From Octopus bimaculoides (taxonomy: Eukaryota): DNA of 64,000 nt. Below are positions 1 to 11,900 of the stretch, one piece after another. The position numbers were made by a program, and so were the translations under genes. Each line of letters opens with the position of its first letter. The first letter of the stretch is position 1. The stretch is from positions 88,892,802 to 88,956,801 of the forward strand of contig NC_068990.1 in assembly GCF_001194135.2 (NCBI RefSeq), given 5' to 3'. Below the pieces are notes generated by a model. It ran no database searches. It was not told the origin of the DNA and was given only the letters and a program-made list of their open reading frames with translations.

Positions 1-2389
1 GAACCAAAATTAATCAGAGCGTCAAATATTTATGAGAAATTCGGTGATCCAAACTGTTCTCAAAATGAAAGATCGCTAGAAATTCTTGTTTAGAACTGTA
101 AAGCCTGGGATTCGTAACCTTTTTTTTTTTAAGCTCAGGGAAAGTATTCAGCATTTTAAGCTATGTATATACGCGTGTCTATAACCACAGTGTCCTGAAC
201 ATAGTTTTTTTTATAATAGTTTCCATGTTTTGTGTGATGTCACTTTAGTTTACAGGTTCCCAACAGTGTCACGGCACACTTGTATATCACGAGGTAATGC
301 TAGGGGCATTGCAGAAATTAAATATTTTATAAAACGAGATAACTATAAGCTTAAAGTCTAACTATAAAGTTATGGTAACTGTGCTTCCTTTACTGAATAA
401 AAAACTAAATAGTTACGGAAATATATAACTTTATTTTAAATACATTTTTAACTTTATGATGAACGAATTAAGTCAAAATGTTTTTAGCTTGCTTAAGGTG
501 CGTCACAGGTAAAACAAGTTTGGAAATCATGGGCTTGCTGTTGCTAAAGAAACATTACGGTTGTTTATAACTTGATACAATTATATAGATATGTTTTTCT
601 TTTCTTTGTTATTGTATTTCGTTGTTGACTACAGTTGTTATTCTTGTTTTTTTATCGTTTGTTATCTCTTATCGTCTACTTTTGTTTGTCTCTTATTGTC
701 TGTTGACGCGTGTACTATTGTGTATTATTATTATAGCCTGGCCAACTGTCAGTTAACAACAGGCTCTAGCACATGGTTACTACCATTGAAAACAAATATC
801 TTGAAAGTCATTCTAATGATTGTCTATAATTTGATATAATTATTATCACTTTGTTTTTCTGATTTTTTTTCCACAAAGAAATCCCCCTCACCACAACCAC
901 TATTATTATTATTAGCACTGTCGTCATTAAAATTAAATTAAAAAGAACAATTTACCTTGAATCATATTTGCAATACAGACTCCAGTATTTTCAGTCACTC
1001 CCCAGGAATAAATGTTTTCATACACAACAGATTACGATGTTTCAGGAGTTAATAGTGTAGACGATAACGTCGCAATGCTATGTATTTAAGAGAGTACCTC
1101 AAAAAAAGGTTAACCACACTGACAAACCATTGTTATACAGCTCGACATGTCAACACAAGTCTTGTCTAACACAACATCTTTTACTCTCAGCATGGTTTCT
1201 TGTTTTATACTGGTCTTCTTTCATTGCCTTACTTAGCGAGTCTTGTCTTTTCTTTCGTAAAATATTTCTTTTCTTACTTATGTCTTCTTGTTACTTTCTT
1301 CTGATTTCCATATCGCCCTTTTTAGATTTATTTGTTATCTGTTTTCTTCCTACTTCTTATCGGTTACTATAGAAAAAAATCGTGTTTTATTCATGTATGT
1401 ATTCATGTATTCTCCAGGTGGACTTGGTTTCCTCGTATCAAGATTATTTTTGGCTTCAAGTAATTACAACATTTATAAAATGTGTATATGCCTGTATCCA
1501 TTAATACATGTAAGGTTGTTTTTTAGTCTTGAAATGTGTCCAACCAAGAAGCAGCTGGTCTACAGTAAAAAAGAAAATAAAAGGAGATCCTAATTTGAAT
1601 TTAAGCAATTAATTATCTGTAAGCAGGTACTACAGTATGATATAGTTCAACAGACTGCAGCCATGGCTAAGAAACTTATCTTTCATCAGCACAGTCTATC
1701 AAGTTGCGAGCAAGTACCACAGGGAAGTATTCATGCTTCATGCTTCTGTATCCATTACTGGATAGCCAGTTACGTCATAGTGGGCAATGCTAAACCTGAG
1801 CCTAGAAAGTAACTTGCATAATCAACACAGTGTCTCTTCTACAGTGACACAAGAAATGCTCAGTTTGCGACCCGTTTTGTGGATCCTGCAGTTGACCAAC
1901 ATAGTCGAAGTTAAATCTGGTAAATAATCGTACTCAAACTTGAGATTTTACCGGTGACGATACAACAATAACCAATGTCATTGTTGTGTATTTCGTTAAC
2001 TGATAAGTTTAACTCCCTTTTTCTTTCTTTCGTTCCCAAGTCAGCATTGAATAAGTAGATCTATGATGAAAACATTCAAATTGTGATCATCCAGTCATGT
2101 TGCGGACTATATACTACCAAGACCATATAATGCAGTATGTCCTTCCCTTTTCAGGCAATAGGGTGTTACCCGAAGGAAATATCAGTTATTTTTAGCATGT
2201 TAAAAATAGTCTATTCCTAGAGAGAAGTAGTTAGAGCAGAGAGAGTTATGTGTTCTGCCCAACTGATTGGCCATCATTACATCATAGCAGAAACTTCAGT
2301 TGCGTTTCAACAACCCAGTGAGTTATAGGGCTTTCCTATAAAGTGTTATCCACCCCTGATTGGAACTCTCCCATATGACATGTACGCAT

Positions 2390-2770
2390 GCTCAGTGACT
2401 TGCTTTAACAGTTGCAATCAGCTGAATACACATTGCCAGTGACATTTGACATAATTACCCACACTCTGTGGTCAGGATTCTTTTTTTGGTTTGATGTCGG
2501 TATCGAAGGGATTACCAGACGCCGGACAATACAGTGAGAGCAGCTTTCACTCACATCGTGGTATTCGATGCTGTGTACGTGTCTGTCGTGGTAAAATATG
2601 CCACTCCTTAACTGTTGCTTTGCTTTCATCCGTAGCACGAGGTAATTATGTCACTATCTGTGAAATTCGGCAACTTACAAAGATCTTTAGATCAGGCAAT
2701 ACTTCACCGAGAGGAGATATAAGCTTCTGCTTATTCCTGTCTGAAGTATCGTCCGATACTTCAGACTTAT
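2390..2770 (-). pseudogene. Decayed SWIM-zinc-finger protein fragment of the type carried by some DNA transposons
   Basis: Across frameshifts reads KLISPLGEVLPDLK..KDLCKLPNFTDSDI.NYLVLRMKAK..FYHDRHVHSIEYHDVSESCSHC..VIPS..HRVWVIMSNVTGNVYSADCNC, matching my recollection of the LPDP..W..DL..LP..DIYNYLV..GHV..SA.CxC SWIM pattern. Confidence 0.55.
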
Positions 2771-5409
2771 CGTCCGATGAATTTACTTTGTTGACATATC
2801 GACAGAATTTTTATACCTTTCAATCAAGTCCGCCATTCTTCCAGTAATATACTGTCCATATAATCTTAAATATTTCTTTAACTCAGGCACAGTAAGTACT
2901 TCGATAGCTGAATCATCAAGCTGCTTTATATCCATAAGACGTAAAACATTAACAATGGCGTGGGTTAGCCTCCGGAAGTTTAATTATCTACATGGAGCGC
3001 CGCCTAGCCAAGGGAGATAACCTACTTATAGGAAAGCCCTATAAGCGATTCACTTATACCTCGTAATAAATTGAGGTTAAAGTGAAATGTAGTGGACTTG
3101 AAGGAATAACATAAGTACAGAATTTCAGTGGTACCTATCTACAGCTATGTAGACTGGGCTGTTGAGAGTGTAGTATCTTGGCTACGGATAAAGAATACGG
3201 ATCACCAGCTCTTCAACTGTAAGCACTAGCGCTATCAACTATGCTAGACGTACAGCACTTTGCTGCAAGCAATGGGAACGTTGTGCAATTAACGAGTGGT
3301 CATAGCTCTCATTTAGTCAATCTCTTATATTCTCTATCTCTCCTTTTCCAATGTCTCTAATTATTGCAGATCGAGCGACTGCGTAGAGGCTCCCCCATAG
3401 TGATAGTCAGCACCCTATTCAAATATGGGCTTTAAGGGCCATTGTAAATGGAAATATCACTGCCGACCCGACAGTAGTTACATTCCAGAGGCCTACAAAG
3501 TCTTATTTTGGCTCTAGTGATAGTAATGATGGTTCGGTAAGTAATTTTGGAAAAGAAGTCAATGATGTAATTGTCTGCCTTATTATTAGATTGGTTAAGC
3601 AAACATGAGCCAACAAGGGGACCTCAACCTGTTAGAAATAGCAACCAACATTTCCACCAAACCACTCTAAACAGACCTATTGTATAATATATTCCAAATG
3701 AAACAATATCGGAAAAATAAGTCGAGTGAGTCATGGCTTTAACATCTTTAATCAGGAGTCTATGACTGACCGGGAGCTAAGCAACAACAATAACTTGTCT
3801 ACGACTCTATTATAGGCAAGAATACCGTCTCTTTTGTATTAAGAGCAATGCCACAAATAATAGAGTTCTGATAATATGAAGAGAAAAAGGGGTACCATTG
3901 TTAGAGTATAAACATGGAAGTAGAACATAATATAGAATCAAACGAAATATTCTCTAGTTACAGTTAATATTTATATAAGTTGACGAAAAGAGAAATTATA
4001 ATTAGTATCCAACGTTAATAATAACAGTGGAGGGATTTGTTCTTGACATATTTGCAAACTGTTGCTTTTGAAGGTATGAAAGAATGAATGTAGAGCGGTG
4101 GGAATGGGATTATAAATAGTTTGCAGGGCGGCTTAACTTTGAGATATGTCAGTAGAGTTCTTATACAACAGGAGGTAATTCAGTTCAGCAGAGATATTTT
4201 TTCCTCTTCTTTTCTTTTTTATGATATTCATTTAATGAATGGCAGGTGTAATATGAATAGGCGGTACATAGAAATATGGGAATATATTTCATTTATTGGA
4301 ATTTTTATATCAAATCATAACATGTGTTCATTTTCTGACTGTAGTAATCACAACAATAACCTTAACAACAATAATTTCTAAAATAAGCATAAGGACAAAT
4401 TTTATGGGTGAGGTTAGTTGATTAAATCGACTTCCATTATTTGACTGGAACTTTATTTTCGACTTCGAAAGGATGGAAGGTAAAGCTGACCTCGATGAAA
4501 ATTTCCCTGGTTAACGATTGTAATAGTTGTTATTCAGGCACTAAACCAACAATTTTAGGAGGAGGGTGTTAGTCGATACCATCAACCCTAGTTTGCTTAA
4601 ACATATACAACTACACACAATCACATACACACTCGTACAGAATCAGAAGTTTCATTGAAGGAAGTAATGCTTCATTGATTTGTTTTGTTTGTGTAACAAA
4701 TCATTGTATCATGTAAACATGTCTTAGTCGGAAGAGAAAGATGGTGATCAAGAATCTTTTGAGGCTTCTGTGACTGGTTGAAAGAAGGGAGGAAGTTAGT
4801 CTCCAATTAGTGACCTGACCTAAATGCTCCAATGATGACGGACTAAATGTTGGTGGTAGATTGGGTGACGGTTTACGTATACTGGTTTTCTACTACGCAA
4901 AATAAATAAATAAAAATCTTTCTGCAATGGAGCCCATTAATAAAATTAATATATTCTCAAGTATTACACTCGACCATCCACTCAACTAAATGTATTTATG
5001 CTTAAGGAAGAAATTGTTAATTAAATGGATGAAATTTCAGATGGTCTTAATTAATTCTTGAGAAAATGATTGTTATTTGAATACTGTAAGTAAATGGATA
5101 TACGTCGGTTTCGACGATGAATATTCAGTTGCTTGATCAGTTGAAATCTCTTCTCATTTAATTAGTGGATATTCCACAAGGTGTGAGATAAAGTGTATGA
5201 CAAAGCAGGATCTTTGAATAACAGGCTTCCAAATAATTTCCACCTACTCGTACACGTATGTATGTGTGTATCTAGTATGGTACAGAAAAAAAAATACAAA
5301 TGAGTTCTGAATATTCGTGTTGGGTAAGAGTAGATATATTTGCTATCAAAAAGCTTGATGGAGAACTCATTTCATTTCAGCGGGTTTACTCGCCTGCGCG
5401 CACACACGC

Positions 5410-6250
5410 ACACGGTGTGTTCGGGTTGAATTTGACAGTTTGCATAAAAAAGAAAAGAAAACACATCCCATCCAAAAGTAAAAGTATTAAAAAATTAAAA
5501 TAATATCAACTAGATTATGGCTGGGAGATAACAGTTTACTCAAAGTAGCCACCTTCAGATTCCACCACGGTCTCAAGACAGCTCTGGTGCATGCGTTCCT
5601 CACTGTGCCCTTGGGACAATCTTCGAACACGTTGATCTTGGCCACCAGCTTCGCCTTGGTGTTGCAAATAGAGCGGTTGGTGTCTTTCTCAACACATTGT
5701 AATCCATAGGATTACAATCGGGAAAATTAGAATGCCAAACAACCACTGTTGACGCTTACCGGAGGCTTCGCAAGGAGCTGAATTCTGCTGCTACACATTG
5801 CCTTCTAGCATCAACCTTCATCCATGGTTTGATTATAGACTCCTGTAGCTTCACATAGCGGTCTGAATTGAGCCTAAAGCCCTGTTCAAAGATACGGAGC
5901 GGTATGACATTACCATTACAAGAGATACATCCAAAGACCATCACAGTTTGGGGGAGCTTGGTTTTCATGATACATGGGACATCACATGGATTGCAGGCAA
6001 GCTACCCGTCGTTCTGAGTGTTGTGCAACTGGCCCTGGCAGAAGTTTTTTTTTTTTTTTTTCATTTTAGAAGAACCAGATATATCCCTGGCTCATCTGGA
6101 TGCTTTAGATTGTTCAGGAGCTTCTTTGTCTTCGTCAACTAGTTCTCCTTGTCCTTGGCTCTCAGATTGTGTCCCTTGTGTTTCTTGTACGAGCGGTAGC
6201 GAAGGTTCTTATTCGGCGTCTGCAGTTCTTTTGTCTCATGAAAACTATTT
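5410..6250 (-). mobile_element. Decayed Tc1/mariner-superfamily transposon (maT/DD37D-like)
   Basis: LKHPDEPG..WFF.NEKNFCQGQLHNTQN..MKTKLPQTVMVFGCISCNG..IFEQGFRLNSDRYVKL..PDCNPMDY..EKDTNRS..ESEGGYFE* (stop 5536-5538); TIR-like CACGGTGTGTTCGGGTTGAATTTGACAG near 5410. Confidence 0.85.
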
Positions 6251-6930
6251 TTTCTTTAATGGAGTGCTAATTCATTATTTTACCTTTATTCGTCTTTGAT
6301 GTTGAAATATATGCCACCGGTCACTGAGTTATTTCCGTTAGCTAATTCTTGTTACACACACACGTGCACGCACGCACGCACGTAAACAGTCATTGCTGTA
6401 AACTTGATTGTTCTCTCATAGGTGCGCGAAGAAAATGATTCTTCGATTACATTAAAACTTTGATCAAAACATTTTCAATATTTGGGCATCGTAGAAACCT
6501 CTCGTGTATACATAACTAATCAGTATAAATAAGCCAATAAATAAATATTTATGAAAATAGCCTTTTCTTCTCTTCTATGTGAACAGGGAGGGTCAGTGCG
6601 TCAATAATATACGCGTTTCCCACGGATAATTGACGATAAAAAACAAAAAAAAAAACAAAACATAACTTTTACTCTACTCTGAGCGGTCCTATTAATGAAG
6701 CCGAATGACATTTGACCGATTTTTTAATATTTATATTCTGATGTGTGTTTTTTTTTCTTGCGTTTTACTTTACTTAATTCACTGTTTGATCAATCGGGAC
6801 GCTATAAAATAGACGTGAAGTCTATTTTATAGCGCGCCTTGCCATTAATGTACGTATACGATGGTAATTCAAAAATCAAACGCACTCTTATTTCTGTATT
6901 TTAGTAAAACAAAAGCAGGGGCATTTTTCG

Positions 6931-7349
6931 AAACTAAGAGAGATGGAGATAAGGTTAATAAAGATTTATTAATACATTGACAAGACCTACAATTGTTTCA
7001 ATTCATCGCTTATAGTATAAAATAAATCAAATTTAATTTAATTTAATTTAATCAATTTGGTTAATTATTACAAACCAAAATATCACCAGGGAAGAACGTA
7101 CAAAGAATTTATATATATCATATTTAAAACATAATGAAAACATTAAATGATCAAACAGGAAAAATACAGTGTACCATTAAAATTAATACATAATATTAAA
7201 ATATATAAAGTTATAAAAATAGCTATTGTAATAAATTGATATAAATAACAATTAGATTTGGTTGATTTTATACTATAAGCGATGAAATGAAACAATTGTA
7301 GGTCTTATCAATGTATTAATAATCTCATCTCCATCTTCTCTCTTGGTTT
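6931..7349. mobile_element. Inverted-repeat (MITE/foldback-like) element, ~90-bp imperfect arms, AT-rich spacer
   Basis: Core TTATTAATACATTGACAAGACCTACAATTGTTTCAATTCATCGCTTATAGTATAAAAT (6966-7024) is the reverse complement of 7266-7322 with 2 mismatches; no clear TSD. Confidence 0.65.
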
Positions 7350-7371
7350 ATATACATACATACATACATAC

Positions 7372-7403
<32 letters not shown>

Positions 7404-8349
7404 CGGAATTTTTTCCGGAATTTTCCCCCTCTATCTGACGAAGAACCATGCACGAAACGTCGCACCCGTTCTATTTTTACATCTTAAACTTTCTCTGAGC
7501 GTCAGTCTAACGCATTCACTGTGTACCTCTTTTTGACTTTTGTTGCTTTTCCAATTCTTTAAAAATTTGCGCGCGCGTGCGCGTCTGTGTGTGTGTGTGT
7601 GTGTGTGTCCTTAATAGTTTTTCCAGTCATTCGAATAATGTCTTTTACCACTTAAAGGTTACCAAAATTACTACTTAAACCAGCAAAAAAACCTGCCCCT
7701 AAGAAGCAAAAACAATAGTAAAAAAGAATAGCTGCCAAATCTCCCTCTAATTATGCACAGCTGTATGTAGTTTGCAAGTGTTAATTGAACATCTTTTTCG
7801 CTATCTTTTAAAATTCATAAGTGGTAATTAAGCAATAGCCTACAATTTTATAATTTTAAACAAACGAAAAGTATGAAAAATTCTTGATTTTGTAATTTGA
7901 TTATTTGACTATTAGTGCATAAAGTAAACAAGCAACCACTCAAAAACTTTCTGTGACAATGTAATTCGAAATGGCCAGGCCTATCCTGGATACATTATGT
8001 CTATATGAAAGACAGGATGGGCACGGCCGGAACACGTTAATTGATAGATTTGTTTGATTAAGAGTGACTACGGGCTGGCTGTGAAAAGCAAGGACAAATT
8101 AAATGATATAGTCTTAAATATATTGTGTGAATAAAAGACGAGATGGTTATCTTTTGGTACATCTGTCATTATAGAGATGAATGATTATGGCTAACCTAGG
8201 GCTAAACAACATCAATAACTAGAACCGGTGAAAATAGATGATTCTGCACACTGGGGGAAAAACTACAAAAAAAAAAAACACTCAGAAATCACCTCTCCTC
8301 GCAAAGCACGAACTTTTCTAGATATTATGAATGTTATTAGTTATAAACT

Positions 8350-8520
8350 GGTACTACTAAAGCAGCACGGTCCCGAACGCGCAGTCGCGCTAGCTAGTCG
8401 TGAGTGGTCGACCCTAACCCTATCCCTAACCCGCGTGTGCAAATGAATACGTGTTTAGGGTTAGGATCGACCACTCACGACTAGCTAGCGCGTTCGGGAC
8501 CGTGCTGCTTTAGTAGTACC
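8350..8520. mobile_element. 171-bp MITE with ~64-bp TIRs, 9-bp TSD (Mutator-like) and internal CCCTAA/TTAGGG units
   Basis: Arms GGTACTACTAAAGCAGCACGG... and ...CCGTGCTGCTTTAGTAGTACC differ by one mismatch and one 8-nt indel; TTATAAACT on both flanks (8341-8349, 8521-8529). Confidence 0.85.
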
Positions 8521-8899
8521 TTATAAACTATTGGTATGTACATGTATATTCATGGTGATTGACAATCTGCGGCCGCAATGCTTCACTTCAGTCGCAGTAC
8601 TGGACGATGTCACTGGCGGCAAAACACGAAAAATATTGGAAACACAACGGTAAACACAGCATTCACATTTTAATTGCGTACCAAATAACAACACAAACCC
8701 AAAGGCCAAATAAAGGCAGCATGTAACCTTGCAACCAAACACTGACTAAAGGTAATATTACAGTTAGAGACCAGCAGACCTTCGAAACACGACTGTCTGG
8801 GAGTTAAAACTTAGTTGACAGTAAAAATATACACGCATATGATGCAAATGGAACTATAATTGATGAAACAACAAAGCCAAAAGCGAGAACTTAGTAGAT

Positions 8900-8993
8900 A
8901 TGTCTGGACTTAAACTGCAGGTTGTTACATATCTACTATTACTACTACAACTACTACTTCTTAATGATGCGTCACAGTTGCATTCCAACTCTG
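8900..8993 (+). CDS. Candidate first coding exon of an unidentified secreted protein (signal-peptide-like)
   Basis: MSGLKLQVVTYLLLLLQLLLLNDASQLHSNS followed by a phase-1 G|gtaaac donor and a CT-rich intron-like tract. The poly-Leu coincides with a (CTA)n-like repeat, so it may be spurious. Confidence 0.3.
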
Positions 8994-11900
8994 GTAAACT
9001 TCTCAGGGCTATTGTCTCACTCTCGTCACTCCTACACTCGCCCACTCACTATAACCTCACTTCTATCCTCTCACGCGCTCTTTCCCTCTGAATACGCCCG
9101 CGCACACGCTCATACACACGCACACACATGTATGTATGTATGTACACACAATACCTTTCGTCCTCTCTTCGTCTTTACCCACCTTCTCACTTCTCATCAC
9201 TGATAATTCTTTTTGACAAACCATCTTCATCCTTGTTTTTCTTTTAATCGTCTCTCTTTTCCCTCTCTCCATACTTTTCTTCCTATATCTGTTTTTAGTT
9301 GCTTGCCCGTCATTATTTTTAATTGTCTATCTCTACCTCATACCCCAACTTTCTCTTTTCTCAAAGCTTTTTTGATTTGCTTCCTCTATTACAATTTTCT
9401 TTCTCTCTCACTATTTTCTCTCCCCACTCTTTCTGTCTCCCTCTCTCTCAATTTTTTTACCTCTCTTTCTTTCCCTCTCTGCTTCTGTCTCAACTTCTTT
9501 CTCTTGTTTATCCCCCCCCCCACTAACTATTACACTGTCAATATAGACAATTGTTAGATTTAGTCATCTCCCTTTACGTAATTTCTATATTTTACTCTGT
9601 ATCTCTTCCTTGTCCTCTTTCATTCAAACATTCACTGTTGTTTCTTTCTTTCTCTCTCTCTCTCCCGCTATATATACATAAACCAATCACTCTATTAAAC
9701 GTTTCTTCGTCATACGCTTTTTCTTTCATTCTCTCATTACTTCATCAACTGCTACTTCCGTGCGGGATACACCACAACTTCTAGGCATGAATAAGTGAAA
9801 CAGTTTATACAAAAAAAGAAAAAGAAAGAAGAAAAAAAAGATAATTTACATTATATATTGTCGACCTCCCGCTGCGGAAGCACGGGTGACCAAAATTTAT
9901 GACAACAGAGATTAGTCATTTATCAAAAATTTCACTGCTGAACTATAGAACTCGGTACCACCTTGCCGAGAGAATTTTGTTTCTCGCAATTATTACAAAC
10001 AAAGAAGCTAAACTAGATTGTTTAATCAGTGGTAGTACACGGGATGTGAAAACATTACGAAGAAATATTTAAGTACTATGAAAGTATACTTGCACACGTA
10101 AGTTGTTTTCCTCTTAATCTTATCAATTAAATCGGTAGACATTAAGTTTTTTTTATACTAAAAAAAAAAAACAACTGCAGGTTATTTTTGAGAAGCGTTG
10201 TGTACTTTTTCTGTTTATTCTTAATCTTCGTGTTTTTGCACGATTGAAAAAAAAGTTTCGGAAAGCTAACATTTTAAAATTCTTCGGGAAGCGACACTGT
10301 GATAGTTTCTATATTTAACCGTGCGTGTATATTCCTATTTTTGCTCCTGTTCTCTTCTACTTATCTACTAGAAACGTTTACTTTGGAATTTACTTCTATT
10401 GAGAAAAATAAAATCGTGTGCATCAAGGTATATTTGTAGAAAATTTCACGAAAAAATATTAATTTTCCTGGAAGTTAAGAATTTAAGTGGACTCTGTTGG
10501 AATTTCCGAAAATTGTCCCCCACCCCCATTCCAAAACACTTTCACCAGAAATTTTTGTATATTCGGATTCTACATAGTAAATACTATATGCATAGCAAAT
10601 TTCATTAAAAAATATTCATTTTTCTGAAAGTTATGACCTCCCAAAGTCTGGGGGGTAAAACCCTGTAGTTATGCCCAAATATATTTTACACACCTGTCGT
10701 ATACGTCGGTTTTGTTTTTTTAACTTTACTTCATTTAGAGAATTAATATATATATATATATAAGTATAATATTTTGCTCAACTTCCGAACCTCTGAATTA
10801 TCAATATTTTCATTAATTTTCTAATTTACAAGGCGAAGTATTTTCCCTTACTTTAATCTCGGCTCTTGTTCAAGTTTGGTGTCCCAAACTAAAATATTTA
10901 CCTCAAAATCATCATCTGGTGGTTTGCATCTCGTAATTTTATCTCCACCTATCTTATCCTTTATTCTTTCGCTTGATCTCTTATTCCTAATATAGCCACC
11001 TCAGGCGCGCGTGTGTATATGTTTTCTTTGAATCGCCATTTGAAGGGGGTATAAACGAGATTATGTGACATTCGTGCCTTTCTCGCTGTTTCTTCGTAGA
11101 GTAGTGGTTGAGACAGTTGCCTAGTCGACAAGCAAAAGATCAGCGGTTCGATTTTCGTGAGAGCACAAGTTTTGATTTTCCTAAAATTTAATATTCATGA
11201 TTTCTAGCTATAGCACAAGTGTCACACATTTTGGAAGAATAGTGTGGATTCTGTATGTGACATAAGTACGTAGTTGCTTTGGAGTCGTACACTACTGTCT
11301 ACCATTCTCCGTACTTTTACTACTACTGCTGCTGCTGCTGCTACTACTACTACTACTGATAATAACAATTCTTTCTTTAATTGCCTTATGTGAAAAGACG
11401 GAAAACGTTACAACAATTTGTTTACAATGCTATACGAATGAAAGGGATTTAGTTTTGGCCCTTAATACGTTTTGAATTCAAATTCCTCCTAACTCAATTT
11501 TGCCTTTCATCTTTCCGGAGGTCGATAAAAATAAGGTATCAGTCAAGTACTATGGTGAATTTATTATTCTTGTAAAGAATCCTAAAGGTGAATGGAATTA
11601 TAAAAGCAGACGCTTGGTGCAGTATTTATATCGAGTACCGAAGAAGTTTTCTTTCTACAAGCCGAGTTTTCGTTTCGGTTTCGATCCCCAACAAAAGTAT
11701 TTCACTTACGTCTGTAATTCAATCGAGGAATTCAACACAAATTCCTTTTCCAAAATCAATAAGACTGGTATTTTCTCGTCTCAAAACATTAATTAACGAA
11801 ATTAACAACAGTGGGAATTGAACAGAGTAAGACCAACAAAATACTCTAATTGCTTTTACTCTAGTATCCTCCGTTTCTAATTAGCTCTCAACGACGGATA

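Noticed and set aside
252-535. Possible hAT-type MITE (CAGGTTCCCAAC ... GTTTGGAAATCATG)
   Set aside because: Termini too degenerate and no TSD; not supportable.
11500-11821. 98-aa and 77-aa overlapping ORFs
   Set aside because: TTG/GTG starts, no motif, no splice context; probably old repeat debris.
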